Part shown: piece by piece, positions 1 through 12,429 of the stretch
Layout of the letters: each line of letters opens with the position of its first letter
How positions within the stretch are numbered: the stretch's first letter is position 1
Assembly: GCA_020891255.1 (NCBI GenBank)
Contig: BQFW01000005.1
Location: 620,001 to 684,000, forward strand
Direction of reading: 5' to 3'
DNA from: Entomortierella parvispora E1425
Taxonomy: Eukaryota > Fungi > Mortierellomycota
DNA: 64,000 nt
Made by a program: the position numbers and the translations under genes
Notes under the pieces: model-generated
Seen by the model: the letters and a program-made list of their open reading frames with translations, nothing else
What the model was told of the DNA's origin: nothing
Database searches by the model: none

Positions 1-35
1 ATTATTGGTGTTTTTTTCGTTTTCTTTTACTCTAG

Positions 36-392
36 ACTGCTACAACTTTTGACGAGGCTGAGGCGCTCAAGGCCAAGGCAGAGCCAGAAACCAAGGAGGC
101 CGAAGAGAACAACGCCAACGCACTGGAATTGCTTCGGTCCCTTGGACTGCGCTACTTTACAGAGTTTGAGGTTGCCAAGTTGATGGGCTTCCCTTATGCG
201 GAGGGAAAGTTTTCGTTCCCCAAGTCGACTTCGCTCAAGCAGAGATATCGTGTTTTGGGCAACAGCATTAATGTCAAAGTGGTCTCGCAATTGATCCGCT
301 ATCTCTTGACATCCAAAGATGATGCTTCTTCAGCGGCGAGTACTATTGAGAATGGAGTCGAGGCCGTGCCAGCAACAGAGTCGACAGCGTAA
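36..392 (+). CDS. DNMT2: 3' terminal exon of a DNMT2-type tRNA (cytosine-5) methyltransferase; gene begins upstream of the window
   Basis: Acceptor TCTAG at 31-35. The exon encodes LRYFTEFEVAKLMGFP...KQRYRVLGNSINVKVV, matching C5-MTase motifs IX/X in the form typical of DNMT2/Pmt1. Confidence 0.8.
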   Translation, partial: TATTFDEAEALKAKAEPETKEAEENNANALELLRSLGLRYFTEFEVAKLMGFPYAEGKFSFPKSTSLKQRYRVLGNSINVKVVSQLIRYLLTSKDDASSAASTIENGVEAVPATESTA

Positions 393-536
393 ATCATACC
401 AAAGCCTATCCAGTTCACTTTTTTTTTAGCACTTTTGTAATTATATTGCATTCGCATTGAAATATCTGTCCGACAAATGAAACTTCGTTTTCTGAAAAGC
501 GGGTGTGGTTGGATTTATTTTCGTGAAAAGAGTTGT

Positions 537-2021
537 TTACTTTCTACTCTCTTCGTTTTTGGCCTGGTCTTGAATTGCATCCAGGAATCCTTGCACTCCT
601 ATGAATAAAAAAAACAACGCCCGCCACCGTAATCTTTCGCAGTGAGTGCATGGCCAAATGTTTTTTCACAATGGATCTCCAAGGTAATAGGAGAACCGTG
701 ACCATCACTTACCATCTCCAGCATTGGGCCCGAGTCCAAACTGTCTCAGCAGAGGGCCTAATTGTCCGGATTCCAAGGCGGTGCTCAAGGAGACCAAAGC
801 CTGTGAGAATTGAGGTGTCCGAACGACGGCCTGGATCTCCTCTGGGGTCCTGTTTGAGTTCTCAGGCAAATGAGGGAACAAGGCGGCACAAATCTCTGGG
901 TTGTTCAACAACGGTGCGACGGCTCCTGGTGTCAAAATGTGGTCTAAGCGAAGGTTGGAACGCTGTCGTTGTTGCTGGAGCGCCTCTATTTTCGTTGTAG
1001 ATCAGGTGAAAAATAGAGTAAGGTGTTGCATTGTAAGTACATGAAGAATGAAAGAGGGGAATCCGGGATCCAATGCTGATAAGGTGATATGGGGTTGTTT
1101 TCGGGCCGTTCTTACGAGGTGGAACCTGGATTCCTCCCAAGAGATGACGAAGTTGATCCATTTGTTGTGATGTCAATGATGATCCTGCTGCTCCTGCGCC
1201 TGCGCCTGCAGCGGCAATGGGTGCTGCCGGAGCAAAATCAGTAGAGGGGGCGATGGCTGCTGCAGAAGCTAACAGTAGCACATGAGAAACAAATCGGCAA
1301 TGTCAGTCCTGAACCTCAGCAAACACAACACACCTGTGCACAAAAAAGGTCAAATGTTTTCGTCAAAGCTGAAAGAGCCATGTCTTCTCATACCTTCGAC
1401 ACCTTCCATGGCAACATCCTCTGATTCCAAAAACTCTTGTTCATCCTCGTCCTCTTGCAACTGAATCAAAGAGTTGAGCTGCTCCAAGATGATACTGTCG
1501 CGAGCGGTGCTCGCCTCCTGAAGCCAAAAGAAAAGTTTTTCGGACGACGACTGAAATTGAAGCATGATCACTCGTCCTGTCGTGCACTGAGGAACTGTCA
1601 CCACCTCTGCGTCGCCGGGAAACAGGATGTAGTCCTAGTTCAAACAATACACCATCTCATGGTGTTAGTCTTGTCGAGCTTTCCTTGCGTTCTGCTGGTC
1701 ATACGAGACACACATCGGGTCTTACATCCTCAACCGTTCCTGTAGCAATGTTCTTCCAGTAAAAGTGGGTCAGGCCGTCTTCCTTGTCCAGATACACGAG
1801 CCTAAGGAGAATGAGGAGGAGCGCATTCGATGAGAAGAAAGTGGTGGGTGAGTCAGGCCAAAAGTAAAAGTAGCATTGTCCCTGAGTCATGTCAATGCAG
1901 GGGAGGTGCAACATGCACTGTACCCTTTAGCAGGCTCTGGCTTAACGATATTAGTTCCTGCTGTCCTGAAGCATCGTCCTGCCCTGAATTCCAAGAGGTG
2001 ATTTGGTGATGTGGAGGCCAT
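537..2021 (-). CDS. RPN13: Proteasome ubiquitin receptor Rpn13/ADRM1 (multi-exon)
   Basis: First exon MASTSPNHLLEFRAGRCFR...KG. Pru-domain pieces LVYLDKEDGLTHFYWKN and GRVIMLQFQSSSEKLFFWLQE. C-terminal DEUBAD-like VRTPQFSQALVSLSTALESGQLGPLLRQFGL. Last exon ends ...DQAKNEESRK* at 537. Confidence 0.9.
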
Positions 2022-2570
2022 TGTCTGTGTGTTGATGTGTGAATAAAAGACGAAGTGTGTGACGAATCAGCAATGTCGTGTTTGAGAGAGGCAAAAAATA
2101 TGTAGGTGGGCGGGATCACGTTCTAAAAAGTTGCCACCAATATTTTTTTTTTTTTTTTTTGGTCCCTGTCCCTGTCTGTTGTGCAAGGAACCGACTCCGC
2201 TGCAAGGAAGTTTCCTTCATGTGCGGGTAGGAAGAGTAGCGACACAGGTCTGAGTTTGCATCATTGTAGCTATAGCTATCGCTGTGCTCCAATACATCGG
2301 TCAAGGGACCCCCTGCCTGCTTGCAAGAGGGGGAATGGAGCACTCGTCCTCGTCAACTCCAAGAAACACAAAAAAAAAAGCCGAAAAACAGCTCCACACG
2401 CTCCACCAAGCCAATCTCGCTCCACCCCCCCCCCCCCGCAGTCACTCTCTAGTATTTATTCTTCCCCTTCTTCACCCTCATTGGACCTCCCTCCTCTTCT
2501 CTCTGCATCCTCCCCCCCTCTCTCATTGCATCCTCTCTTCATCTCTTGTAATCATCCGTCCACTCGCTAC

Positions 2571-5500
2571 ATGTCAAAATCAAGTTCAAAAAAGGGTACG
2601 CCTCCATCCCCATGTTACTAGAAAAGGGACTGATCTGCAATGACTCAGCTTTTAACATCATCCCTTCTTTCTTCTAGGGAAACCCGCTGAGGCTCCTACC
2701 AAAGGAGGACCCAAGGGAAAGAACGCAGCTCTGGACGATGCCCCAACACCAGAGCCATCACGGTCCATCTTCCCTGGATGGACAGGGAAAACCCCTTCTT
2801 CTCTTCTTCACGAGCACTGTCAGAAACTTGGATGGGAAAAGCCCACCTTCGACGTCGTAAGCCAGCTTTTCAATTGGATCTCCTGCTGCTTCGACAAGAC
2901 CCCTGGATCAAAGGATGTCTTTTTATTTAACAAGAACGAACTTCTTATCTAAAAATGTAGAAACGCACTTCTCGGGGGTATATCTGCACCGTTGTCCTCG
3001 GAAAGAGAAACAAAAAGACTGGACAGATCGAAACCGCCTCCTTTTCACCCCAAGATATTTTCAAACCAAACTCGGGAGAGGCGCGGCATTATGCAGCAAC
3101 CTATGCTCTTCACAGAGTCAACAGTCATAAAAACATGATGATGGTCTTGCCTCCGGGACCTCGCGATCTCTGGTCCCAGTTGGATGGCGAAAAGGACAAG
3201 GCTGGACCTTCACAGGCGCACATGTATCTCGCCGATCCATTCATCAGTTCCTCAGCCAAAGTTCAACTTCAACAGCAACAGCAGCAGCAACGACTTCAGG
3301 AGCAGGCTAAGGCTAGAGCGGCCACTCCTACAAAGGGAATGGACGATACCCCAGCTTATGTTGGACCCAGCGATTATGCCAGCAAATCCGCCTTGGCTGC
3401 CGGAACTCAGAACGGGGACAAGAAGCAGATCAACTGGGACAAGATGCCCATGGTCCATATGAACCAAGAGATGAGAGCCGAGGTCGAGGATGTTGTCAAA
3501 AAGCAAATGGCAGGCGAGCTCTATCAGGCTGTAAGTGAAATATCAGGTATCTTGAGCGGTCAGACGTTTTGTTTGGCGTTTCCTCTTTTCTGACAAGTCC
3601 TTCCCCATACAGTATATCGAGGAATATGGAGCCAATGGTGAACCCCAGTACAACACTCAACTCTCAAAGGCTCTTACTCGCATGGGATTCCGTGATCGAC
3701 ATGTGGCAGAAGCTCTTCAATACTGCAACGACCAGGCATCTGCTTTGGATTGGCTTTGTAAGTCAAAAATGAATTCAAGGAGAATAATATGATTCTGAAG
3801 GGCTGCTGACAGAATGTTGACATTCACTCTATATTTCTAGGTTTGCACGTACCTGAAGACGATTTGCCACCAAGTTTCTTGCAATCAAACTACAACCCAA
3901 CCATCACCACTATCAACCATACATCTGCCTCTCTTGGACGTGAATATGCCATCAAACGACTCTCAGCCATTGGATTTACCGCGGGAACTGTTGGTCAAAT
4001 TTATGACCTTGTGGGTGGCGACGAGGACAAAGCCATGGAAGAGTTGTTTAAACGCCTGGCATTCCCTAAGGGCGAAATCCCCCCTGATATGGTGCAGGAT
4101 ATGGAGCTAGAGCCCGAATCCCCAGAGTATCTTCAGGAGCTTCGGGAAGATGAGATGCTTGCATTGGAGAGTATCTATGACGATCGATTCAAACGCGAGG
4201 CTGGCTCTTGCGCTAGAATCAAGCTTGATGCGTCCCTTCACAGTGCCAAGAACGCCCCCAAAATCGAACTCGAAATTCGGATACCGGAATCGTCCACCTA
4301 TCCATTCAACCAACCGCCTCTGTTCATCATCAACGAACCCGATCTTCCGTCTTATCTAAGACTTAGCATCATTCAAAAGACAATGCAGTTTGCGTACCGC
4401 TCCATGGTTTTGGCAATGGGAGGCCCGATTGTGTATGATGTGGTGGAATGGGTCCAGGAAAATATCCGGGATATTCTCGATAACCCCCCTAGTTTGGTTC
4501 AGTTGACGGAAGGTCTTGTGAAGATTGACCTTAACCAGGAACCTGAAAGTCAGGATTCTCTTGCGGCACTGGACGACGGCAGCGACCACTCACCCCTAAT
4601 CAAGCCTGTTAGCTCCAAGCCCTCCTCAACCTCTAATGGACCTGCCAAGGACAAGCGAGCTCCAAAACGATTGAACATCAAGCCCAATGGACCAGGATCA
4701 ATTGCCATGTTGAAGGAATACGAGAAACTCAAGGCATCTAATGTCTCCTTCCAGGCTCTTCAAATGGGCCGTGAAAAGTTGCCTGCTTGGAGCTTCAAGG
4801 ATCGCCTTGTCAAGGCTGTCAAGGAGAATTCTGTCGTGATTGTGTGCGGAGAGACTGGATGCGGTAAAACCACTCAGGTCCCACAGTTCATCCTTGACAG
4901 CTGGATTCAGGAGAGCATTGGCGAGCACGCCAACATTGTCTGTACGCAGCCTCGCCGTATTGCCGCCATTGGAGTGGCAGAGCGTGTTGCTGTGGAGCGA
5001 GCGACCGATATTGGGCAGCAAGTCGGTTACGCCATCCGTGGCGAGAACAAATCGAGCAAGAACACAAAGCTCTTGTTCTGCACCACTGGTATTCTGTTGC
5101 GTCGCCTGCATTCGGACCCAACCCTCCAAAACGTTACTCACGTCATGGTGGATGAGGTTCACGAACGCTCTGTGGACTCTGACTTCTTGTTGATTATCAT
5201 CCGGGACTTGATCCGCAAGCGCAAGGATCTCAAGCTGATTCTCATGTCCGCCACAATCAACAGTGAGTTCTTTTCTGGATACTTTGATAACTGCCCCGTC
5301 ATCGAGATTCCTGGATTCACCCATCCGGTCGAGGAACTCTACATGGAGCAGATTATCGCCAGAACCAAGCATACCCCTGACTTCCGTGGAACAAACGTTC
5401 GCCGAACAAAGATGACAGAGGCCATGGAAGAAGAATGGGAGCGCACAAGACAAGAGTATGCCAGTGAAGGATTGGACGATGAGACCATTGCTAAAATCAA

Positions 5501-7354
5501 GACCATGGAAGCTTACGCTGAAAGAATCGACTATGATTTGATTGTGGCCGCCGTCGGGGATATCCTCAAGAGAAAGGAGCCAGCTGGAAGCATTGATGGT
5601 GCCATTCTTATCTTCTTGCCAGGTATTGAACCAACCTTTTTGTGCCTTTTGCGGGAATTGAGAACTTGTTTACTTTTTTTCCCACAGTAGACTAACCCTC
5701 CTTCAACACCACATTGTCACTTTTTTTGAACAGGTGTGATGGAGATTAAGAAGTGTATTGATGCATTGACAACTTTCTCGAGGACCGTGCCGCAAACACT
5801 GGATATCATGGCATTGCATGCTGCCCTTACTCCCAAGGAGCAAAACAGCATCTTTTCGCCTGTTCGCAAGGGTGTACGCAAGATTGTCGTTGCCACCAAC
5901 GTCGCCGAAACCAGTATTACCATGTATGTACTTTCAATCGACGAATATGGTCCCTCCCTATACATCAATGTCCTCTAACAGTCTTGTTGCTTGCCTTTGC
6001 TCTACGTAGTGACGGAGTCGTATATGTTATCGATTCTGGACGTGTCAAGGAGACGAGGATGGAGAACAACATGACCAAGTTGGTGGAGACCTGGACCTCG
6101 TTTGCTTCAACCAGACAGCGCAAGGGTCGTGCTGGTCGTACCAGACCTGGTATTGTCTACAAGCTGTTCTCCAAGAAGCAGTCTGCCAAGCTGGCGCCTC
6201 AGCAAGATCCCGAAATCTTGCGCATTCCTCTCGAGCAACTGTGCCTCTCTGTCAAAGCCATGGGCGAGAAGAATGTGGAGGGATTCCTGGGTCGTGCCCT
6301 CACCCCTCCTTCGCTCACTGCTATCCAAAGCGCTCTGAAGACCTTAGAGGAACTCAGTGCGTTGGATGGAGCAACGGGTGAACTGACGCCTCTCGGAAAG
6401 CATATGGCTGACATTCCCGCGGATCTGCGGGTGGCTAAGATGATGATCTTTGGCGCCGTTTTCAGATGTCTCGAGCCGGTCTTGGTGGTTGCTTCTTGTA
6501 TGAGTGTCAAGAGTCCGTTCTTGTCCCCTATGGATAAACGTGACGAGGCTCAGACCAAGAAACTTCAGTTTGCGACCGCCAAGTCGGATCTGTTGACAGC
6601 CTGGAAGGCGTACGATACCTGGGAGAAGTTGAAGGACAATGGCGCCAGTCGTTCGGAACAGAAATCGTTCTGTGAAGAGAACTTTTTGTCGACCAATACC
6701 CTCTTTGAGATCCAGAACCTCAAATCGCAGTACTTGGAGGTCTTGGACACGATCGGATTTACCTCCAGGGACCCAACTCAGAGCCGTCGTCGATCCGAGC
6801 GATGCTCGAGTCAGGAGGACAATGCGAACTCTAACAATATGGCATTGGTGAAAGCCATCATCCTGTCTGGTCTGTACCCGAACGTGATCAAGGTCAAGAT
6901 GCCAGACGCCAAGTTTGACAAGATGATTGGAGGCTCTGTTGAGCGTGAGACGGTGATAAAAGAGATCCGTATGTTTACAAAGGATGATGGTCGAGTCTTT
7001 TTGCATCCATCTTCGATCCTGTTCCAGAGCAATCAGTTCCAGGTGCCATTCTTGGTGTACTTTTCCAAGCTGGAGACGAGCAAGATCTTTGTTCACGATG
7101 CAACGATGGTGCCCATGTATGGACTGTTGCTGTTTGGAGGACAGGTGCAGGTGGATCATTTGGGTCGTGGACTGGAGATTGGAGACGGGTTCATCAAGAT
7201 GCGTGCGTTTGCTCGTATCGGCGTGCTGGTGAACCAATTGAAGAAGCTGTTGGATGCCATCCTCCAGGCCAAGATTTCCAACCCGGACCTGAATGTGTCG
7301 GAAAGTCCAGTGGTGGAGACGATGATCAAGCTGGTCAGCACGGACGGCATCTAA
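2571..7354 (+). CDS. DHX57: DEAH-box RNA helicase, DHX57/Ucp12/YLR419W-like, with N-terminal accessory region and RWD domain (multi-exon)
   Basis: Helicase motifs GETGCGKTTQVPQ, TQPRRIAA, DEVHER, MSAT, ATNVAETSIT and QRKGRAGR. HA2 and OB-fold-type C-terminus. RWD-like EDEMLALESIY...YP...PPLF. N-terminal WTGKTPSSLLHEHCQKLGWEKP. Confidence 0.85.
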
Positions 7355-7534
7355 TAGAATATCGTAGCAAACACAACAGCATATAACATATAGACCATAT
7401 ACACTACAACACCTAATATAAGAGCTTTTAGTTCATGCAGCAAGCACAGCAAAGATCGCTTGGCCTTCAAATCTTGCACGTGACTCGCACGACACAAAAA
7501 TTATTTTTCTCTGGTTCGCACGCATGTCGCACGT

Positions 7535-7625
7535 CGCACCCCACACCGCCCCACACACATGCAGACACAGACACACACATACACACACATACACATACAC
7601 ACACACACACAGAGACAGAAACAGA
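7535..7625. repeat. Imperfect (CA)n/(TG)n microsatellite
   Basis: Runs of CACA and CATACACA between the helicase and Pumilio genes. Confidence 0.85.
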
Positions 7626-7841
7626 CAAACCCGCAACGCAATTTGCACACCATTTGAATTTGAATTGGGATTCCCATCTCGCCTTTCTTTCTCTCCTTCT
7701 CTTCCTCCAACGCATCATCTCTGCCTCTTCATCGTCGCAAAGGGAACCAGCCTTGCCTCATCTCTCTGTCGCCATCTCTACTTCCCCCCTACCCTGTGCA
7801 TCTACCTGCTCTGACTGACTAGCTTTCGCCCGTCATCAGTG

Positions 7842-10800
7842 ATGCCCCGCGTACCGATGGATGACCACTATCTCCACAGCAATGCTGCCGGTCATCTCCA
7901 CGCCAGCAACAACGCAAACACTGCCTCTGCTGCTGCCACCTCCACTGCCAGCAATAACAACAGTCTTCAAACTGGGCTCGGCTCCGGCCTCCTTTCTCAT
8001 GGCAGCATCCATCAGCCCACGACCATGAACCAGCAAGGCCAGGTAAGACACTCAACACTCATCTCTGCCTGCACCTCCATCTCCTTTCTTCCCTGTCGAC
8101 TCTTTTTTGTGTGTGTGTGTGTGTTATTGTCAGCTTCGCTGTTGTTGTTGTCGACTATTGCCCGACTGGCCTACTTACGGGGATAACTGACCTCCTGTCC
8201 CCCTGGCTGACTCCTGTACTTATCACTCCTTTTTTTCATGTCGATCCAATGACTTTCTAGCAACTTGCCTCCCTTCTACGCGGCAAACTCAACGACTATG
8301 GAAGCGGCATCCCTGGTGCTAGCAGTGGCTTCGACATCTCACGCTCTAGCTCTGCACCTCCTAACCAGCAGGCCCAATCTCGATTCGGGCTGGGCCCAGG
8401 ATTTGACTCGCAGCCATCTTCGGATCTTCGCTCCGAGTCCGACTACCAAAACTTCTACATGTCGCCATCGCGCCAGGATCCGCGACTGGCGCCTTCGTCC
8501 ATGTACTCTCCCGGGTTGTCCTGGCAGATGTGGTCGAACCCTGGGACGTCTTCGTCTGGACTGGGCGCGGATGGCTTGAAGGGACTGGACGATACCAACA
8601 GCAACAGCAGTCGCTTTGGAAAAGGTAATGGGCTGATCTACTTGATGACGATGAGGAAAATCGCTATAAGCAAAACTGTTCATGGCACTAAACGCCTCTC
8701 TCTCTCCTTCTCTATATTGCTGGTCTCTTTTCTTTGGAATCCCGCTTGAACTAGCAGAACTTGGTCGAGAGGATCACTTTGGCTCCACCTCGTCTGCCCT
8801 CCACCCCCGCGCGGCCGATCCATCTTTGCTCTGGAGACAAGATATCAAGTCTACAGATGCTCCTAGAAGCGAGACCCACTCGCCAATGCTTCCTCGCTAT
8901 GGATTGGAACCCGCCAGGAGCGTTGCATCTATGCCAAGCTCACCTCTCTTTGGGGCTCATTCGACTGACCACATGAGCCATATCTGGGCACCCACAGTTT
9001 CATCGCCCGCCCATGATTTCCCTAGATCGCCTTCCCCGCTTCTCAATATGCCCCACCATGGTCATCACTCTAGTCAACAGCAATCCCATCACCTTATGAG
9101 CCAGGGACTCTCGCCCAGTCAGGCGTTGCGATCGCCCTTGTCCCAGTCGTCGACCTTGCGTCACGGTTCTACGGAAGGAAATGAATTGGATGACCAGCTG
9201 AACGACAATGGTCTGAGTGACGACCTGGACGACCGATCCTCTCATTTAAAATCTGTTCTCAATGCAGCACTGGATGGTGGCGATGAGGAACGGATACCAT
9301 CAGCGGTCAGTGCACGGTCACCCCTGTTTCAGACCAAGTTTGCTCCTCCCCCTCGTTCCTCCTCTACCCCTCCTATTCACAACCGCAACTTTACGAAGAA
9401 CGCACCTCCTGGATTCTCGTTGGATCAGGATGCCGGTCAGTCGGAACTGGAGTTTGGCATGCAAAACATGGGCTTTAATGATTCGGTACGTTGGGCCCAT
9501 CTTCTGATAAAAACAATGTTAGTAGGATAAGGACTTGGCTGACATGATACAATACTTTCTTTGATCTTTACATAGGAGGATGAATTGGCTATCCAGCAGG
9601 CGAATATTAGAAGACAGCAGTATGAGCTTGGCCAGCAGCAGTTGAAGCTGCAACAGATGCAACTTCAACAACAACAGCGTCAGCAGCACCAGCAGTTGCA
9701 TCTTTTGCAGCAAAAGCAAGGCTACCATGGATCCCACACTCCCGTGACAGCCTATTCACCTTATTTCGAGAACCAGACCATGCTGAAGGATCCTAGATTG
9801 ATCAACCCTCAGTACGGATACGACTATAACCAGATGACCCACCCAGGGTTCATGGCCAAGAAGGAGCAATTCGCTCCTGTTCAAAAAGGTGATTGAGAGT
9901 TAAATGGATGGGCAATAGCGCAAGCTCCCTTTCGCGCCTTTAGTTTCAAATTCCTGATCTTTACTGTTTGCCTTGTAGATTTTCACTCTATGTTTGAAGG
10001 GCATGATGAGGCATCCCTAGGATTCAGGGCGAACGATCTAGCCTATGATCCCCGTCGTATTCAGAACCCCGGTCTTAGCTTGACGCCTGATTTCCACAAG
10101 GCATCCCTTCTTCAACTTCAGCAGCAACAGCAACAACATGGTGGCGTCTATTCCCCCGGCCCTTTGACATCTGGCTCATTCTCTGGAGAGTTTTCTGGAA
10201 GCGTCAGTGGTAGAGGCTCGGGAATGAACTCTCCCAATTTGGCACAGATGGAGACTCGCGTCGCGGCCGCTAATGCCGCGGCTGAGCAGAAACTTCGCCT
10301 TCAGTCGCAACAGATTCTCTTGCAGCAACAGCAGCTTCTTCTATTGCAGCAGCAACAGCAACAGCAGCAACAATCACAAACGCAACAGACAGGTGGCTCC
10401 ACTCCCAAGCAAGGACACCATAACCAGTCCAAACAGCAGGGTCGATCTAAGCAAAAGCATCATAAGAACCAGGATAATGCCAAGGGTCACTCTGAGGCAG
10501 AGCATCAAGCTTCATCCTGGTCGAGCTCGAACGCCAGTCCACCTAATAGCCACAGCAGACAGCAGCAGCATCATGCCGATGACGAATCTGGCACAGATGC
10601 ACATTCGGACAGTGCTCATGGTCAACGCAGTGCATTGCTGGAGGACTTTAGAAACAACAAGACCAACAAGAAATACGAACTCAAGGTAAGACTTGCTCAC
10701 TCAGTCTTTTTTTTTCCACTTGCTCGGATAATTGACTTTTCTCTTTGAACTCTCTTTCTCTCTGCCCATTAGGACATTGCTGGAAGCGTTGTTGAATTCA

Positions 10801-12071
10801 GCAGCGATCAACACGGATCGCGCTTCATTCAGCAGAAGCTTGAGACTGCGACGGATGAGGAGAAGCAGATGGTCTTTGAAGAGATCCTTCCCCATGCTTT
10901 GCAGCTGATGACGGACGTCTTTGGCAACTATGTGATTCAAAAGTTCTTTGAACATGGACAACAGGACCAAAAGACTGTGCTCGCTCAACAGATGGAGGGT
11001 CATGTCCTGTCCTTGGCCTTGCAGATGTACGGCTGCCGAGTCGTCCAAAAGGGACTGGAACACGTCTTGAGCGACCAGCAAGCCATCCTGGTGAAGGAAC
11101 TGGACGGCAATGTTCTGAAGTGTGTCAAGGACCAGAATGGAAACCATGTGATCCAGAAGGCGATCGAGTGTGTTCCAGCCGAACATATTCAGTTCATTAT
11201 TAACGCCTTCACGGGTCAGGTCTACACACTGGCGACGCACCCCTACGGATGCAGAGTCATTCAGAGAATGTTTGAATACTGCTCTGAGACCAAGACGGTA
11301 TGTTCGCAGTCGACTTTTAGAGGAAACGCTACATCTAATCCAGAGGATTTCTGGCTAACCAAGTCCTTCTTTTTCTCATATCACTTGTATAGCCTTTAAT
11401 GGATGAGCTTCACAAGTACATCCCCAACCTCGTCCAGGACCAGTACGGCAACTATGTGATCCAGCACATCCTCGAGCGTGGTAAACCTTCGGAGAAATCT
11501 CTGGTGGTTTCCAAGATCTTCGGTCAGGTTCTCCCTCTGAGCAAACACAAATTTGCCAGCAACGTGGTGGAGAAATGTGTGGCTTATGGATCGAAATTGG
11601 ACCGTCAAAAGTTGATTGAGGAAGTGATCACGACCAAACCCGACGGTACCATGCCCTTGGTGCTGATGATGAAGGATCAGTTTGCAAACTATGTGATCCA
11701 AAAGATGTTGGATGTCGTTGACGGCGAGCAGAGGGATGTTTTGGTGGCCAAAATCAAGCCTCAGTTGCCGTCGCTCAAGAAGTATACCTATGGAAAGCAT
11801 TTGATCACCAGTACGTTCCTCGCCTGTTTGACTTCTTTGTTTTTGAATTTACTCCGCCCTGTTGCACTGCCTTTTGCTTTTGTGTATTTGCTCTCCTCCA
11901 TGCTAATCTCACCACTCTTCTTCTCTGAAACAATCCACAGAGGTCGAAAGACTCATGGCGATGCAAAACTCCCAGTCTGGAGTAGACAGCTTTGTGAGCC
12001 ACGGCGCCACATCCTCTGCCGCTGCAGGATCCTCCTCCCCCATGCCCGCCAATGCCACTGCACATTCATAA
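7842..12071 (+). CDS. PUF3: Pumilio/Puf3-type RNA-binding protein with long Q/S/H-rich N-terminus (multi-exon)
   Basis: LLEDFRNNK lead-in, then eight PUF repeats with recognition motifs SRFIQ, NYVIQ, CRVVQ, NHVIQ, CRVIQ, NYVIQ, SNVVE, NYVIQ, followed by [10 protein letters not shown]. Confidence 0.92.
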
Positions 12072-12429
12072 CCACTTCGTATTTGTAGATAGTGTACATA
12101 TGTATATCCCCCTTTTCACCCCCCAAAACCACCACCTCTTCTCCACCTCTTCCCACCAGGTAAACCAGTATACATAGCGCTCGCTCTTTTCTCCTTTCTT
12201 CCTTTCCTCCTGCGTGGGTTCTTTTATCCAAATGGAGGGAAATTTGTTTTTAATTTTCCATAGACCAAAATATTACTATTTTTTTTTTCCACTTCGGCAA
12301 CGCTCTTCCCGCGAACGCTCCTTGTTCTATCCCGGTCCTTTGTCATTATGATCACGAAAGAGGTCTGAGGCTGTTTGCTTTTTCTTTTTCTTTTTCTTTT
12401 TAAAACGACGGGAAAGTGGGGGTCGTCCT

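Noticed and set aside
4698-7237. 251-aa and 297-aa antisense ORFs in the helicase gene
   Set aside because: Shadow ORFs opposite well-supported exons.
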